The position numbers were made by a program, and so were the translations under genes. This document shows positions 51,601 through 62,714 of a stretch of 64,000 nucleotides of DNA, piece after piece. Within the stretch, counting starts at the first letter, position 1. Each line of letters begins with the position of its first letter. Below the pieces are notes generated by a model that was not told the origin of the DNA, ran no database searches, and was given only the letters and a program-made list of their open reading frames with translations. Origin of the DNA: Hydrolagus affinis (lineage: Eukaryota); contig JAAILG010001121.1 of the NCBI GenBank assembly GCA_012026655.1, positions 1 to 64,000 on the forward strand, in the 5' to 3' direction.

Positions 51601-54600
51601 CTATACCAACATCTTAAAATAAAGAGTTTTGTTCGAAATAAATTGATGGTTTCAAAAATGAATGACTAAATACATTCAAGGAACATGTTAATGTGTAGTC
51701 TACACATATCCTGATCCGCGTTCAGATCTTTTTAAGCAAAATGATTTATACCTATTGAAGGATAAATTTCTAAGGCTATATAAAAAAAAGACAGGCAGGC
51801 CAGGGACATGGGCTCAACGCTGACTGTAAAGAAACACTTTCTCATTAACACTGGATAGTACGAAGCTGTATTCAGCTTTGATCAGAACATACACTAACTC
51901 TTCCTCCCTCCACCCTCCCCACCCCCACTCCTCCCCCAAGGTTAAATTTAAACACTGCTTACATCTAAGCAATCTGATCAAACAGGCTGTCACATCAGCA
52001 GCGCTACCCAGAGAGCTAGCTGGATGGATTAGATCCACGACAGCAGTCAGTGAAATAGTGTCTCTTTGAACCCCTCAAAAACAGGGCAACTACAGATGGG
52101 CATCTTTCTAATTGAAAATGGAAAACCACATTTAATCTGCATGGTTTCCATAGAAACAGGATTAAACGCGGTGGCGATTTTTTTAAAATGGAGCAGCTGG
52201 TGGAATACATCAGACACCCTATTATTGAGCATAACACTGGCCTACGGTAATTTAATAGTGGTACAATTTGGCCATGAGCCTTGAAATGCCTTCCCTCACT
52301 TACACTATTTAACGGAGCCCCCGATTGAGACATCATGATAATTTCCTTGTGGGGGGGAGGGGGGAAATCCACATCATATTTCCAAACGCAAAAAAACCAT
52401 TTTGTGAGCAATGCTTATCTCTGCTGTTCAGTGCACTGCTTAAAGGGTAACAATTACCCAGTATGCTCTGTGTGACAGAGATAAATGTGGTTCAGAGGAC
52501 AGACTTGCTCATTTGGACCGTAATATAAATCAATAAGCAGAAGAAACCATATTTATTCTTAAACCAACGAATAACGCTATGTTTAGTATTGTACAGCTCG
52601 GAACAGTTCAGCTCTTCTTCACAATCCATAGCTAAGGATGCACTGATGTTGAAAACTTTGAGGCAGCAGGATATACACCAATATGCTACCATATATATAT
52701 ATATATATATTTACATGTATATATATTTACGTGTATATATATATATATAACGGTGTTCTCACTTCAGAAGAAGATCAGAACACTGCTGGATCAAGTCATT
52801 AATTACTCTCTGGGTAAAGAAATACTTCCAGATATCTGTCTTGAAACTGCACTCTGCAACTCTGAACCTGTGTCTTGTTGTCCTGCCATGTGAGATGAAT
52901 GGCCCATTAACACCAGCAACAAGTGGGCAAGTCAGGGCTCTTCAGCCTTGACAAAAAACTTTTATGTAAGATGTCAAATAGGATTGAAAAGGTAAACCCA
53001 AAACATTACTTTTAGATAGGCCGGAGCTGAGGGTTGCAGCATAACCTATTGCTTGTATTGGACCATAAGTATTTCAGTGAAGGTGTTAAAGGCAGTGTTG
53101 AAAGAGCTTATCCTGGTGCCCTGGCCAACAAATAAAATGGGTTCTTCACTTCACGGCTGTTTGTGGGACATTGCTCTATGACTGCCTCATTCGATACTGA
53201 ATACACTGTCACTACACTTTGTATTACATGCTGTAAAGTGCTTAGAGAAGTTGTTTTGATGTGAGAAGCACTATATTAAATGGAAGGATTATTATTTGTT
53301 TCCGTAGAATGATGACCAGGAGATATAGAATGAAGTCAATGTAAATAATGTTTAGAACCAACCAGCACCTCAGCAGGTTCCATCAACCAAACAATCAAAG
53401 ATTACAAGAGAAATCTTTTAACCATCACGAAAAAACAAACTGTAGATTAAAGACAATCCCTTCTTACAAAGTTTTCTGCAGGCAATTGGGAAAAATGCCT
53501 GAGAATCCAGACGCAGGAAATTCCAATGTACTGAGTGCACTGGTAGGACTGACAACTTTTACCGAGCGGGAGAAGATAAATGATAAATCCAGATTCAAGT
53601 TGACCTCAGGGTAAGGACAGAGAGAGAGAGAAATTCCTTGATCACATACATGTATGGCAGGACAAAATCTTGAGCAGATTTCCTTACTCCACACACCTGA
53701 TAATAATCTCTCAAGAGAAAAAACAAGAACAAATTGGTCACTTCAATCCTCTACTATCTTTGGGATACTGCAATGCGCAATTGGCTGCTGCAAATATACA
53801 GTCAAATCACTTTACAGAGAAGCGCTTTAAGACATGTAGATGATATGATAAGACGCTATTTCAAAGGAAAGAAATATTATTAATACATTTCCAACAGGGA
53901 AATCCCATTATAATCACAAACTGCTATATTTGCCAATTTTATCAAGTATCAGCATTCTAGCACATTGGGAGAGAGGCAAACTATATCATTGTAATGATGT
54001 TTCTAGACAGCCTAATTGTAGCTTTTACAACTAACTAAAAACAGTAGTGGGCATTGTGCTTTGTGAGCTTATTGCTACAGGTACTTAAAAACCCTGCTGT
54101 GAAGTGATTCACTCATTAGTTAAGGCAACCTGCTTGACAAGTAGCAGGGATTATAAATGTATAATGACTTAGCTGTGCCTTTAAGACATTAATACCATTT
54201 ACATCACTGCTGCTGCTGGATATATTGCAAGAAACATTCATTTAGACATCCTGTACGTCGGATTACCATATTGAAAACCAGCTCCCAGTAATTTCATTGT
54301 ATAGATGAAGTTGAACAAGTTCACAGGGCAAACCGGCTGCCCGATCAGAAAGCTTGGGCGTTCAAACAGCACAAATGAATCTCACTGGGGCTATGAACCA
54401 AGCCTTTCAGTGCCATGTAGTTTATTTTGTGAACGATCACGGGTACAGCATAGTTTGATCCAGGTCACTATGTACTGAAGCCTGTGCAGAAGGCAGAGCA
54501 CATGCATTATTCAGATGGACACATGCACTGCTGAACCAAAGAACAGATGGTACAGGTTTAGTATTCTAGCCAGTGTCCTATACACTGGAATAAGCACATG

Positions 54601-57600
54601 CTACTCTTGCTATTGTTTACTTGTCATAGCCTTTTTTTTACCCTTTATGCATAAACCTACCAACCTTTTGCACTTCACCATCTGTTTCATAGAGGCAGAT
54701 CCTTATTCAGAAATTAAGGGTACCCAAATAATTGTTACAAAAGCCCAGTCTTTTGTCAGTGCCTCATTAGCATTACACTAAATTATGCAAAGACTTATGC
54801 ATGCGCTGTAATCTCAGCAACGTGCAAAGATACGAATAGAAACGAAACATTTAGAGCCTCGAACTTTGTACCATCGTAGAAATAATTTCAATTTGTAAAT
54901 CCAATTGTTCACTATTTGAATATAGGATTATTTACTCACTGACCTGCAAACACAGCAAATGAGTCTCTCTGTGGACTCCAATGGAGAGGACTGATGTAGC
55001 ATACAGTATACTGTATACAGTACTGTACAACATTATGGCTTCTTATCTCTTGTTAACTGGGACTGTGGCCATTTCAAAGAAATAGAAAATCACAACATCA
55101 TACTCAAGTCTGTCTGTCTATCTGCCTATACAGAGAACACAGAAATCAGCATGTCTGTAAGTGGTCACCTCAATAGTATTAAGCCTGTCCACAACTTTTG
55201 AATACCTTTTCAATATCTGAGTGAAACACAATATCCTCGGTAGCTCAGAATTTGTATCTGGTTTTGAAAGATGCATCATAATGTCATATTCCACCAAAAC
55301 CACGAGATGGGGTGGGGAGGGGGAGCTTATCAATATAGCCACCAATGTATGTTTTAGGTAGTTGGTGACTAACAACTTTCCAGTAGAAAGGACTTTCTAG
55401 GAACCATGAGACCCAAGGTCTACTTTGTGATATTCACAAATCAGATACATCACATTTATGTGCAACTTTCAAATCAAGCAGACAATGTGTAAAGTAAGAA
55501 GGCTTGTGAGCAAAACAGGTTTCTGTCTCCTCTGACATTTACTAGTTGGCATTTTTCGCTATTTGGTGATTTGGGATTCACGATGCACGTGAATTTGGGG
55601 AAAGCAGAAATTGCAATTCTCACATCAAAGATCCCAAATTTGACTGCACTTTCCCAGCCTCAGTAAAGTGCCTTTCTTGTTTATTGAAATGAAAAACAGA
55701 GTCTTGGGTAACACATCATTTAGGGGAAATTTATTTTTCATCCTCAACACTTAGCAGTATTGCACAGAATTCTGCGTCAAGACAATAACTGCATTATCGT
55801 GAACTGTTTAGCGCTATGTCACCTCCTCCTGATGTGAAAGACGCTATCTAAATGTGTATTTGTATCACCAGGAGAAATGATCAGTCTGGCCACATCCATT
55901 CACTAACTCAACAAGTCACTCTCCCTCCACTTTCACCTTCAGCAATCACATGATGCTCACGTGAAACAGAAATCTGAGTGCAAAGACACGACTGCTATTC
56001 ATTTGGCTACAATATGTTTGATGGTGAGTTTCTGCAAGCATAAGGTATATACTCTGCCAGTTCTAGTGATTGGCCTGTTACACTGGCATTTTGGGCTCTG
56101 CTGGCAATACAAAATAACATTAAAAACAGACAGCTTAGCCATTCATTTAATCTACAGCAGGGTGGTGGGGGGTGGTTAAAAGCAATACTTTCTAGCACGT
56201 ACATAGGGTTTGTTTATGCCTGAAGAATAAAAATGTATGAGCTCGTGAAGAAATTCAGCTTCCTCAACCCACATCAAAAGCCCACCTCTTGTCTGCCTGT
56301 TGCCAGCAAAGCCTGCTGAGAATTGAGCTCCATGACAACTACTGCATTGGCTTCAACCACAACATGAACAAGCTCCCAGTGGCACCATGTGAGCATCCTC
56401 GAAGAGCATTCTCTCTAAAGTTTACATTTGTGGCTTCAGATTAAGAAGTCACAAACCTGAATTTGCATTTCCTCTGTGACTGTGCATATAGTCACCTCTC
56501 CCATTCCCCCCACCCTCCCACCAAGCTGAGCGTCATGCCCCACCACAGTCAAGCGCTCTGAGACCCTACCTTGCGTAAGGGGCGCTATATAAATGCAAGT
56601 TGTAGTTGGTGTATGTGGTAATACAGTGGTCATGGGACATTAAGGGAACGGGAGTTTGTAAAAACAGATAATGTCACACCCACCTACGTGTGTACAGTGA
56701 TAGGGTTGTGTAACAAACTGCTGGGAGAGGTGTACTGTACAACAGGGAACTATGAATGGTTTCCAAGAGGAACTAGACACAACCCTGGAAATTGAAGATT
56801 GGTAGGACGATGAGCTAAATATGTTCAAGGAATATTTTGGGACGTTTACTGGTTAAGCTAGATGGAACATGGGCAATACGTAATATATACTAGAGAAGCA
56901 ATGCAATTCTAGATAACTCTAATGTTTTGAATAAAGACGAGAGTCATTTTGTTGTATGTTGTTTTGAATAAGGTACAGAGGAGAGAAAACAGGCAGCTCC
57001 AATTAACACAGTCCCAAGTCACCAAGTTTTAGCCACCAGTGAATTAATTTTTTTTCCTTCACTAAAACCTTGACTAAACAGATTAATATGTTTTCCAATA
57101 CATCTTTTGTGCCAGGAAAACTTCTTTGCATTTATCCTGCAATAAATGTGGGAGGAAAGATTTATTTAGATATTACTCTACAAACAGACGCAAGGCTCGT
57201 CCTAAAATTCGGAATAAATAATCACAGGCAATAATTTACACCTTTATTTTGTCTGTGACAAATATTACCATAGCAACTGTTATCAGCTGTAGGTCAAAGT
57301 TGAGACCTTCTGACAATATATTCAGGAAAATATTTTATTTCTAAGCAAGTCTATAAATTTGAAACATGCTTCATGAAGCATTAGGCCCATTAAGCTTTCA
57401 GAGAACCACTCAAATTATAGAACAATACTGCACATTGTGCTATGGGTATTAATGGAGCGTGTAATTCTCAAGAATATTAAAATATGCAGTATGAAACCGC
57501 ACTGCAACTATATTAGGAACTCCATGAAAGAAAGTATTTTTCGGCATCATAAAAAACACAAAGATTCATTGGTTTGGTTTTAGGAATTCTTCGATTTCTC

Positions 57601-60600
57601 TGTCCTATTCTCGAAGAAATGAATGTGTCGAGGCAATACTTTACAAGGGTAAGGAATACAGAAACCATTCAGCACATTGAAATCGTCCTGGCAGTTTATT
57701 ACATCATGAGATTTTTTAAAATGTAATTTCCCTGCCTTTCCTCCATATCCCTTAATAAAACCTACTTACAATAACCTATGCATGTGTGGCGGCCACACAA
57801 CCTAGATACATTTGCACACAGATTTTCACAAGGCCCAGGGAAAATGTTCAGATCTTTTTATTTGATGTTCATTACTAAACCAGTTTAAAATAAATAGATC
57901 ACTGCTGTGATTTATACACTCAGCTTTAAAATAAGGGCATATCCTTACAGTCCGCCGCCATTGAGCAGCACTGTCCATTTTGAAACCAGCACAAGTTGAA
58001 TTTCAGTTCATTTCAAAGCCATTAATATGCAAGGAATGGTGTTATGAACATATTCAGCCTTTGTCCAGCACTAATTCAAATTATACTTCAAAGCACAGAA
58101 ATGCATTTTTTTTGTGTCCTGCACTCACAGAACACGTTTTGTTACCACTGTAGCAACATCAACGGGAATCTACATTGTGCTTCCACCGCTGTGTTAATTA
58201 CACACTGCGTAAACAACTAAAGATTTAAAAGGTTTCCCTCTGAGCTCCTTTACAAAACCTCCACACTGTGTGTAACATGGCAGTATATTGAATGAGTGCA
58301 TCGACCAGAAGTAATTCTGTGTACACTTGGCTCTTTCCTGTATCAGTTTTGGGCCAATATGTAATTTGTGGTTGAATAATCAGATACACTCCCATCCCTA
58401 TGTTTTTTTTTGCTCATTTGAATCAGTGAAAAGGAAAATTCCAATTAGTTGACATTCGTCTCCAAATGTCCAATAAAGCTAAAAAATAGGAGGCTATCCA
58501 TGAAATGAACGTAGAGCAGTCTGTATGACCAAATCTCCAGCAGGAATATTTACAGGTCTTTCTGGAGTAGGATTGTTGCCAGTTTTTGTTTTATTCTGTG
58601 AGATGTAATGGAGATCATGCAGCTCACAAAAGGTTCCATGGTCAGTCTTCGCAGAGATGTGTTTGCTTCACTCTGTGTAAACTTGTGTCTGCTTTAAGGA
58701 ATAGCGCTATCTATCACTTTCAATTATTGTTAAAGTTATCAGACAATCCAGCCATTCAGCAGTAAAGTAAATGTACAATGTACCACATAGACACAAGTGT
58801 AAATATTGGATTAACCTGAGGCAAAGGGGTAGCTATCAAAAGGATTCACTATTCCGTTCTAGAAAGTATTTTTTTGTAACAACAGAGATTCTTTAGTGTG
58901 AATGCTTGGCACAATATTAGTGACACGGTCTGTGTGAGACCATTACTACTTTGTATTGCTGAACTTCACCGTGTTCTGGGGGTCAGGCAACTCATTTCAC
59001 TGATCGTTCAAAGATTGAAACACGGTGGTTAATTTATTTGCTGTGAATACAATTGACTCCAGAAAATATAGAGCTGTGAAGCAAGCTCAAAACAATCCGA
59101 TCGATACAGGTGAAAAAGAAATGGTTTTACCCCTACCTCAACAGCTACAGATGTTGCGTCTCCAGGTCCCAACCCATCAGCTATAGGTTCTGTGACTTTA
59201 ACCTCCGTGAACTCTTCCACCGAGTCCTGGAATTCTGGCGCTGTCCTTCTGCCGTATCGCTTGCCATCCTTGACATATTTTGGCTGCACTTCTGTGGATT
59301 CTGTGTACAGACAATTACAGTGTAACCAATCCCCTAAAATCAACCCAGATAGCAGTCATGTTAATGTGACATTTTGTTAATGGAAAACCCAAACTTTTCA
59401 ATATTTTGGTTCAAATGCACAAGAAGAAATCAAGATCGATAAACGGACACCAATAAACCCGATTTGTTTTTGAAAAAACTAAATAGTTCACCATATCCAG
59501 CTATACAGCAAACACGCACTGTATTACAGTATAATGATAGTAATCCTTGCATTTAGTATAGAGCCTTTCACATTGGGAGGACATAGCAAACCACTTCACA
59601 GGATACACTGTAAAGTGAAGTGACCGCGTATTTTGTGTTGGGACACAGCAGCCACAGTTGTGCACAGCAAAATGTTCGAAAATCAGTTATGTAGGGAATG
59701 ACCAATAATATTGGAGATTGTTGGCCGAGACACCAGAAGAAACTTCCTTCTCTTTTCGAATAGTGCCATGGGATCTTTAACCTCTGTTAGAATAAGCGGG
59801 TAAGGCCTCAGTTTAACATCTCACACAAAGGACGGTACCTCTGACAATGTAGCTCTCTCTCAACGATGCTGATATGGACTGTCAACCTTGACTGTGAATT
59901 GAAAATCCTCTCATCCTGGGGCATCATCTTGATCCCACACCCGACTGACTCAAGAGGGGAGAGTGCTACTAACAGAACCACAACAGAACTTTGGCCATTC
60001 TCCCATGTTCCCTCCCCCTTTACCCTCGTGCAAGATTTGAAGTGTGCTCCAACTTGCAGATTTTGTTTCTTCCATCTTAGTGGGAATTAATCCTTAATTA
60101 CATTGTGGCATATCTGATAAGAAGTTAATAATATGGTTGGAGTGGTTCAAGGTTGCCATAACCTCTCCCTGACCACAGTCAATGCTGCTTTACACTTGAG
60201 AGGACAAAAGATGTGCTTGCAATGGAGCGAGACAGTCAATGACCAACATTCAAGCCTCTCCTGCTGTGAAATAATTCCACTCGTTGCCGTGCCAAGCAAC
60301 AACTGATCTTATCTCAGCAGTAGTGGGAGGATTTGAGCAGTAGACAGACAGCCCAGAACTCAAACTGGCCACAAAGGGTGAGCATGTCTCGGAGTTGGTG
60401 GTTCGATATCAAGCAAAAAAGCAGCAACTTTATATTTGATTTCAGTGAAGGAAGTGTCACAATGAGGCAAACCTGATGCAGTTCGTTAAAATGCTTCGAT
60501 CTTGAGCTAGAATTATATGTATTTGAACTTGACTTAAATGGTTTCAGGTCATCATTCAGACAGGTTAAGCACATTGTGGCTGTGGACACTAACCTCCATT

Positions 60601-62714
60601 GATCTAGTGAGAGTTCTAAGATCGGGAAGGGTATGAAGATTGGGAAGGTGGGTGCCTTTTATTTTCTACTATTTGGGAAGTAGAATAATGAGGTTTAATA
60701 GAATGTGTCTCTCTTTCGTCTTGTTAAGGACTCAGACAGAGAAAATTCATCCAAGACATCATAAATGGGGGTTACAAAGGTAAATCCTTTCTTGTACAAA
60801 ATTGTGATCCCCATCCTTGCCAGGCTCCATGGTTTCCAGTGGATCGATTTCATTATCCTCAAACTCGCATACAAAACCCTTCGCACCCTCTCACCTCCCT
60901 ACCTCTGATTTTCTCCACCTTCGCTCTCCCGTTCAGCCAATTCTGCCGGCTGCACATCCCCCATTCCCACCATCAGCAGAATCATATCATAAAATATCTA
61001 GCATTTCAGCTGAATACATGTGTGATTGAAGAAATGCATTCACCAACAAATATGGTCACTATGATTTACAGTAAATCCTATGAACTGCTTGGAGGAATTT
61101 CAATAACTTGAAAAGGCACTATATCAAATGGAAGAATTATTATTATATCCACTCCAGCTACCAAGCTCAATTCACTTTCACTGCCATTTCTCCACTCTCA
61201 AACATGACTAATTGAGCAAGGTGTGTTACCAGGTTACAGTGAAATGCATTCCCCTTTTGAGTTGACGTCACACAGACCGTTGCAGGCTCAAGCTGGTGTA
61301 TACTGTCCATTTATTCTTGTGATTGATGTGCAAGGCTTTTCTTTCAGAAGCGACCATCTTACATCAGTGATTTGTTTTGCAAACTTTCCATTTTCATTAC
61401 ATCACATATATTCAAGCCATTTGTCAGTCAACCCTTAACACTTGAGATGTAGAGGAAGTAAGCTGTGCAGTAGAAATACTACCTCAGCCCCACTGGACCC
61501 AGCAGCCAAGCTATTACTGATCAAACGTGTAATATCACTACTTGCAAATATGTATGATCTGTGTAATGCCAATGCGTGCAATGGTTCACTGAGTCTCAAC
61601 TCCTGTAACCTGGCTGCCATAAGCGATAGGGTTCAGTGAGCCTCTCACTGAAATTTTGTTTGGCTTAACTGAAGCACAACATCATGCATCGAGAGGCAAG
61701 TTTCGAGATTCATTTTTCTAGCTTCCGATGTTACAATATACAACTAAGTGTATCGGAAGAGAAAGCCGGTTCTCAACAACAACAAATTACATTTGTATAG
61801 TGCCTTTCACGTCGGGAGGACGTATCTCTTAAATATTAAGTGAATCCATGACAAGGCTTCTAAAGTCGATATTATGATTGAATCAATGGACATAATTGAG
61901 AAGCACCTGTTTATGTAAAGCTTTTGTCAATGTCAAGGTCTTCAGCCTATTTTTATTATTGTCATACAAGGCAAGTAGACAATATTAGCTGACTGCACAG
62001 CTATTTTTGGTAAGTGGTCCTGTACACTCAAGCTATTTATATCAACTCAATGTAAATTTTGGTGCTATTAATGCTTTGTTACATTACTGTATAACACAAG
62101 AATAAGCGATTTGACCCATTAAATCCATTCTTTTCAATGCCATTGCCGAAGAACCGTGTGAAAATGAACCATTAATTACCATGGTAGGAGGCAGCAAAAG
62201 ATACTACAAACCTATTTTGTACATCCTGCTATTTTTTGTACTCTACCTTGTGATTTTTTTTCTATATAATATTTATTTCCTCCAATCCTATGCTCACAGT
62301 CCAAGTTAAGTGTTAAAATATTGTGCCCTTGGGTTGAAATGCCTTGTTTGCTTGTGTACAGAACACTGATTACTGTTTGTCAGTTCGGTACACAGCAGAG
62401 ACTACTAGTCCTATGTGTGTGACAACAAATATCCTCTTTCCTTCAGGCCCTTGCTATCAGTGTTCAGAAGAAGGCACAATGTAAGAAAAACAGTATTTTA
62501 GAAACTCGCGTTCAAAATTTCAATCTCGATTTATAGTGTGCATGAAAATTTACGTGAAGCAAGCTTGAAAAAAAAACCTTCAGAACTGAAAATTCCTCTA
62601 ACGATGTTATATAAGTATACCTGGTTCCTGGTAGCCATCATCCCCTGAGAAATTTCCGTCAATCGTAGTCGACAAAATAAGGATCAAAGCTTCTTTAAAC
62701 TGTTCAAAATGTAC
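21401..62714 (-). CDS. NIN: Ninein, exons 4-31 (28 exons, 5646 nt including stop); start-codon exon is outside the window
   Basis: All exons listed below join in one open frame; conserved ninein motifs PKYVKDGKRYGRR, EEYEAEGQLRFWNPDDL, SASTPYRQLKRH, ASEVDDHHAAIER, KDLYVENAQLLKALE; synteny with SAV1. Confidence 0.95.
21832..21942 (-). CDS. NIN: NIN exon 30 (111 nt) ...LQDKVNQLKEQ
   Basis: tttcag| and |gtatgt. Confidence 0.92.
24726..24788 (-). CDS. NIN: NIN alternative terminal exon ALLPDQRAVHADTYRRIGHL*
   Basis: tctttctatgtag| phase-0 acceptor after the 201-nt exon; peptide nearly identical to the human alternative C-terminus ALLPEQRAVHADSYRRIGHL as recalled. Confidence 0.8.
   Translation of the reverse strand, partial: ALLPDQRAVHADTYRRIGHL
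25115..25315 (-). CDS. NIN: NIN exon 29 (201 nt) LLHANSSL...MVPQEQVAQLQQRL
   Basis: actaag| and |gtaaag. Confidence 0.9.
26164..26292 (-). CDS. NIN: Candidate alternative stop-containing NIN exon DFRELINYRLPRESTAETRDGGGCYFSLYQTSQLTLLQTAVV*
   Basis: Acceptors at 26292 (phase 0) and 26266 (phase 2) enter the same open frame; donor ACG|gtatgt at 26076. Position matches the mammalian neuronal exon; peptide similarity is from memory. Confidence 0.45.
   Translation of the reverse strand, partial: DFRELINYRLPRESTAETRDGGGCYFSLYQTSQLTLLQTAVV
26854..27309 (+). mobile_element. tRNA-derived SINE with a nested antisense SINE tail (about 27160-27270)
   Basis: Head at 26854; 3' end interrupted by a reversed tail; tgataa repeated at 27157 and 27273. 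Confidence 0.8.
28408..28512 (-). CDS. NIN: NIN exon 28 (105 nt) MGSLEQELEILKVENE
   Basis: tgctag| and |gtatgt. Confidence 0.88.
28918..29067 (-). CDS. NIN: NIN exon 27 (150 nt) ...EQEKLSLKRECDQ
   Basis: tgacag| and |gtaagg. Confidence 0.92.
29196..29492 (-). mobile_element. Full-length tRNA-derived SINE
   Basis: Reverse complement of the same family; head ends ...gagctacaggactcc. Confidence 0.9.
29886..30065 (-). CDS. NIN: NIN exon 26 (180 nt) ...EQQLLRQENERLQ
   Basis: tattag| (a second in-frame CAG 6 nt further) and |gtacct. Confidence 0.88.
30744..30890 (-). CDS. NIN: NIN exon 25 (147 nt) ...KSDFRVAQQEKEALKQEVVSLHKEL
   Basis: tcccag| and |gtacaa. Confidence 0.92.
31090..31203 (-). CDS. 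NIN: NIN exon 24 (114 nt)
   Basis: acacag| and |gtattg. Confidence 0.88.
31335..31448 (-). CDS. NIN: NIN exon 23 (114 nt)
   Basis: ttccag| and |gtatgg; NEKLIQEKETLSDEVNRCVDR. Confidence 0.88.
32054..32170 (-). CDS. NIN: NIN exon 22 (117 nt; alternative in-frame donor at 32048)
   Basis: tgacag|SSTLISALETDLSE...; donors CAG|gtagag or GAG|gtgact. Confidence 0.85.
32620..32835 (-). CDS. NIN: NIN exon 21 (216 nt)
   Basis: aatcag| and |gtaaat; QLDAENEDLCQKNSKNQADLQDLNRRL. Confidence 0.9.
33728..33797 (-). CDS. NIN: NIN exon 20 (70 nt)
   Basis: ttacag| and |gtacgt; QQREILKAENMTAQRIIEMLNKQ. Confidence 0.87.
33916..34131. mobile_element. Tc1/mariner (pogo/Tigger-like) MITE, 216 bp
   Basis: TIRs CAGTAAAAGCCAGTTTATC and CAGTAAAAGCCCATTTATC (17/19) flanked by TA on both sides. 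Confidence 0.85.
34177..34290 (-). CDS. NIN: NIN exon 19 (114 nt)
   Basis: acacag| and AT|gtaagt. Confidence 0.85.
35601..37130 (-). CDS. NIN: NIN giant exon 18 (1530 nt, symmetric phase 2/2)
   Basis: acatag| and AG|gtaatg; ORF 35597-37207; QWEFEKEE motif as in human exon 18. Confidence 0.92.
37823..38361 (-). CDS. NIN: NIN exon 17 (539 nt), coiled coil
   Basis: ctccag| and AG|gtgagg; ORF 37819-38397. Confidence 0.92.
38835..38956 (-). CDS. NIN: NIN exon 16 (122 nt) ...LNLSLEAEMVIEQIKEQHH...ETK, GC donor
   Basis: ttccag| acceptor; frame is kept only with AAG|gcaagt. Confidence 0.88.
39397..39535 (-). CDS. NIN: NIN exon 15 (139 nt) ELQDRIDELQSEL
   Basis: aattag| and G|gtacag. Confidence 0.9.
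40313..40402 (-). CDS. NIN: NIN exon 14 (90 nt) FGDLDPTSAEFFLHEERF
   Basis: ttacag| and |gtaagt. Confidence 0.93.
40573..40683 (-). CDS. NIN: NIN exon 13 (111 nt) ENSRLERELFEN...
   Basis: taaaag| and |gtagct. Confidence 0.9.
41106..41280 (-). CDS. NIN: NIN exon 12 (175 nt) KLEQEHRERLAALK...RDRLALSLK
   Basis: tttcag| and |gtgaga. Confidence 0.93.
42096..42236 (-). CDS. NIN: NIN exon 11 (141 nt) ERVDQVLREKEKL...ASEVDDHHAAIER
   Basis: tttcag| and |gtattt. Confidence 0.93.
43259..43395 (-). CDS. NIN: NIN exon 10 (137 nt) TLDFGLDGKVNLTELTLALENELL
   Basis: ttccag| and |gtaagt. Confidence 0.93.
43560..43727 (-). CDS. NIN: NIN exon 9 (168 nt) PFDESGRRT...LFSCLDDGTGY
   Basis: tattag| and |gtaaaa. 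Confidence 0.93.
44595..44741 (-). CDS. NIN: NIN exon 8 (147 nt) ...MTVEDFFYGLFKNG...SASTPYRQLKRH
   Basis: ttgtag| and |gtaatt. Confidence 0.93.
44801..45113 (+). mobile_element. Full-length tRNA-derived SINE (young family, (ATT)n tail)
   Basis: A box tagctcagtggttagagc, B box gttcaaatcc, body ttgggcaagttt...tttgtgggacac, tail gcactatatcaaatgcaaggatt(att)n; many near-identical copies in the window. Confidence 0.9.
45665..45961 (+). mobile_element. Full-length tRNA-derived SINE
   Basis: Same head, body and tail as 44801-45113. Confidence 0.9.
46800..47110 (-). mobile_element. L2-type LINE 3' end with doubled (AAC)n tail; shorter tails at about 2100-2150, 3372-3426, 11315-11375, 23610-23830, 28215-28280, 30608-30666, 43098-43152, 56480-56610, 61773-61823
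   Basis: Recurring (aac)n-aaattacattt-tagagcgcctttcacgtcgggaggacgtccc motif in both orientations. Confidence 0.8.
47820..47930. repeat. Compound (TA)n/(GT)n/(CA)n microsatellite
   Basis: Seen directly. Confidence 0.8.
48264..48288. repeat. (GT)n microsatellite
   Basis: Seen directly. Confidence 0.9.
48560..48870 (+). mobile_element. Full-length tRNA-derived SINE
   Basis: Same family; well-preserved A/B boxes and (ATT)n tail. Confidence 0.9.
48982..49172 (-). CDS. NIN: NIN exon 7 (191 nt) GQLRFWNPDDL...
   Basis: ttccag| and |gtgaga. Confidence 0.93.
49312..49820 (+). mobile_element. Older tRNA-headed SINE with Deu-like central domain; related copies at about 16277-16615(+), 59535-59990(-), 10820-11085(-), 53100-53295(+)
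   Basis: ggaggtgccacctttcggatgagatgttaa...gtggacactaaagatccca...gagtttctcccagtgtcctg resembles the DeuSINE core; family assignment from memory. Confidence 0.65.
50057..50102 (-). CDS. NIN: NIN exon 6 (46 nt) NWKTSTDQGEEYEAE
   Basis: ctttag| and G|gtaaga; phases match neighbours. Confidence 0.88.
50984..51229 (-). mobile_element. 5'-truncated SINE, same family
   Basis: Tail, body and start of head in reverse orientation. Confidence 0.85.
52691..52748. repeat. Interrupted (TA)n microsatellite
   Basis: Seen directly. Confidence 0.9.
53640..53883 (+). mobile_element. Diverged SINE, same family
   Basis: ttccttactccacacacctgataataat body and tail. Confidence 0.75.
59137..59300 (-). CDS. NIN: NIN exon 5 (164 nt) EVQPKYVKDGKRYGRRTAPEF
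   Basis: acacag| and |gtaggg; inside ORF 59029-59343. Confidence 0.92.
60770..60960 (+). mobile_element. Decayed L2 ORF2 fragment
   Basis: cccatccttgccaggctccatggt...ccagtg resembles the ITPILxxLHWLPV region of L2. Confidence 0.55.
62621..62714 (-). CDS. NIN: NIN exon 4 (94 nt) VHFEQFKEALILILSTT...
   Basis: tttcag| and G|gtatac. Confidence 0.9.
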
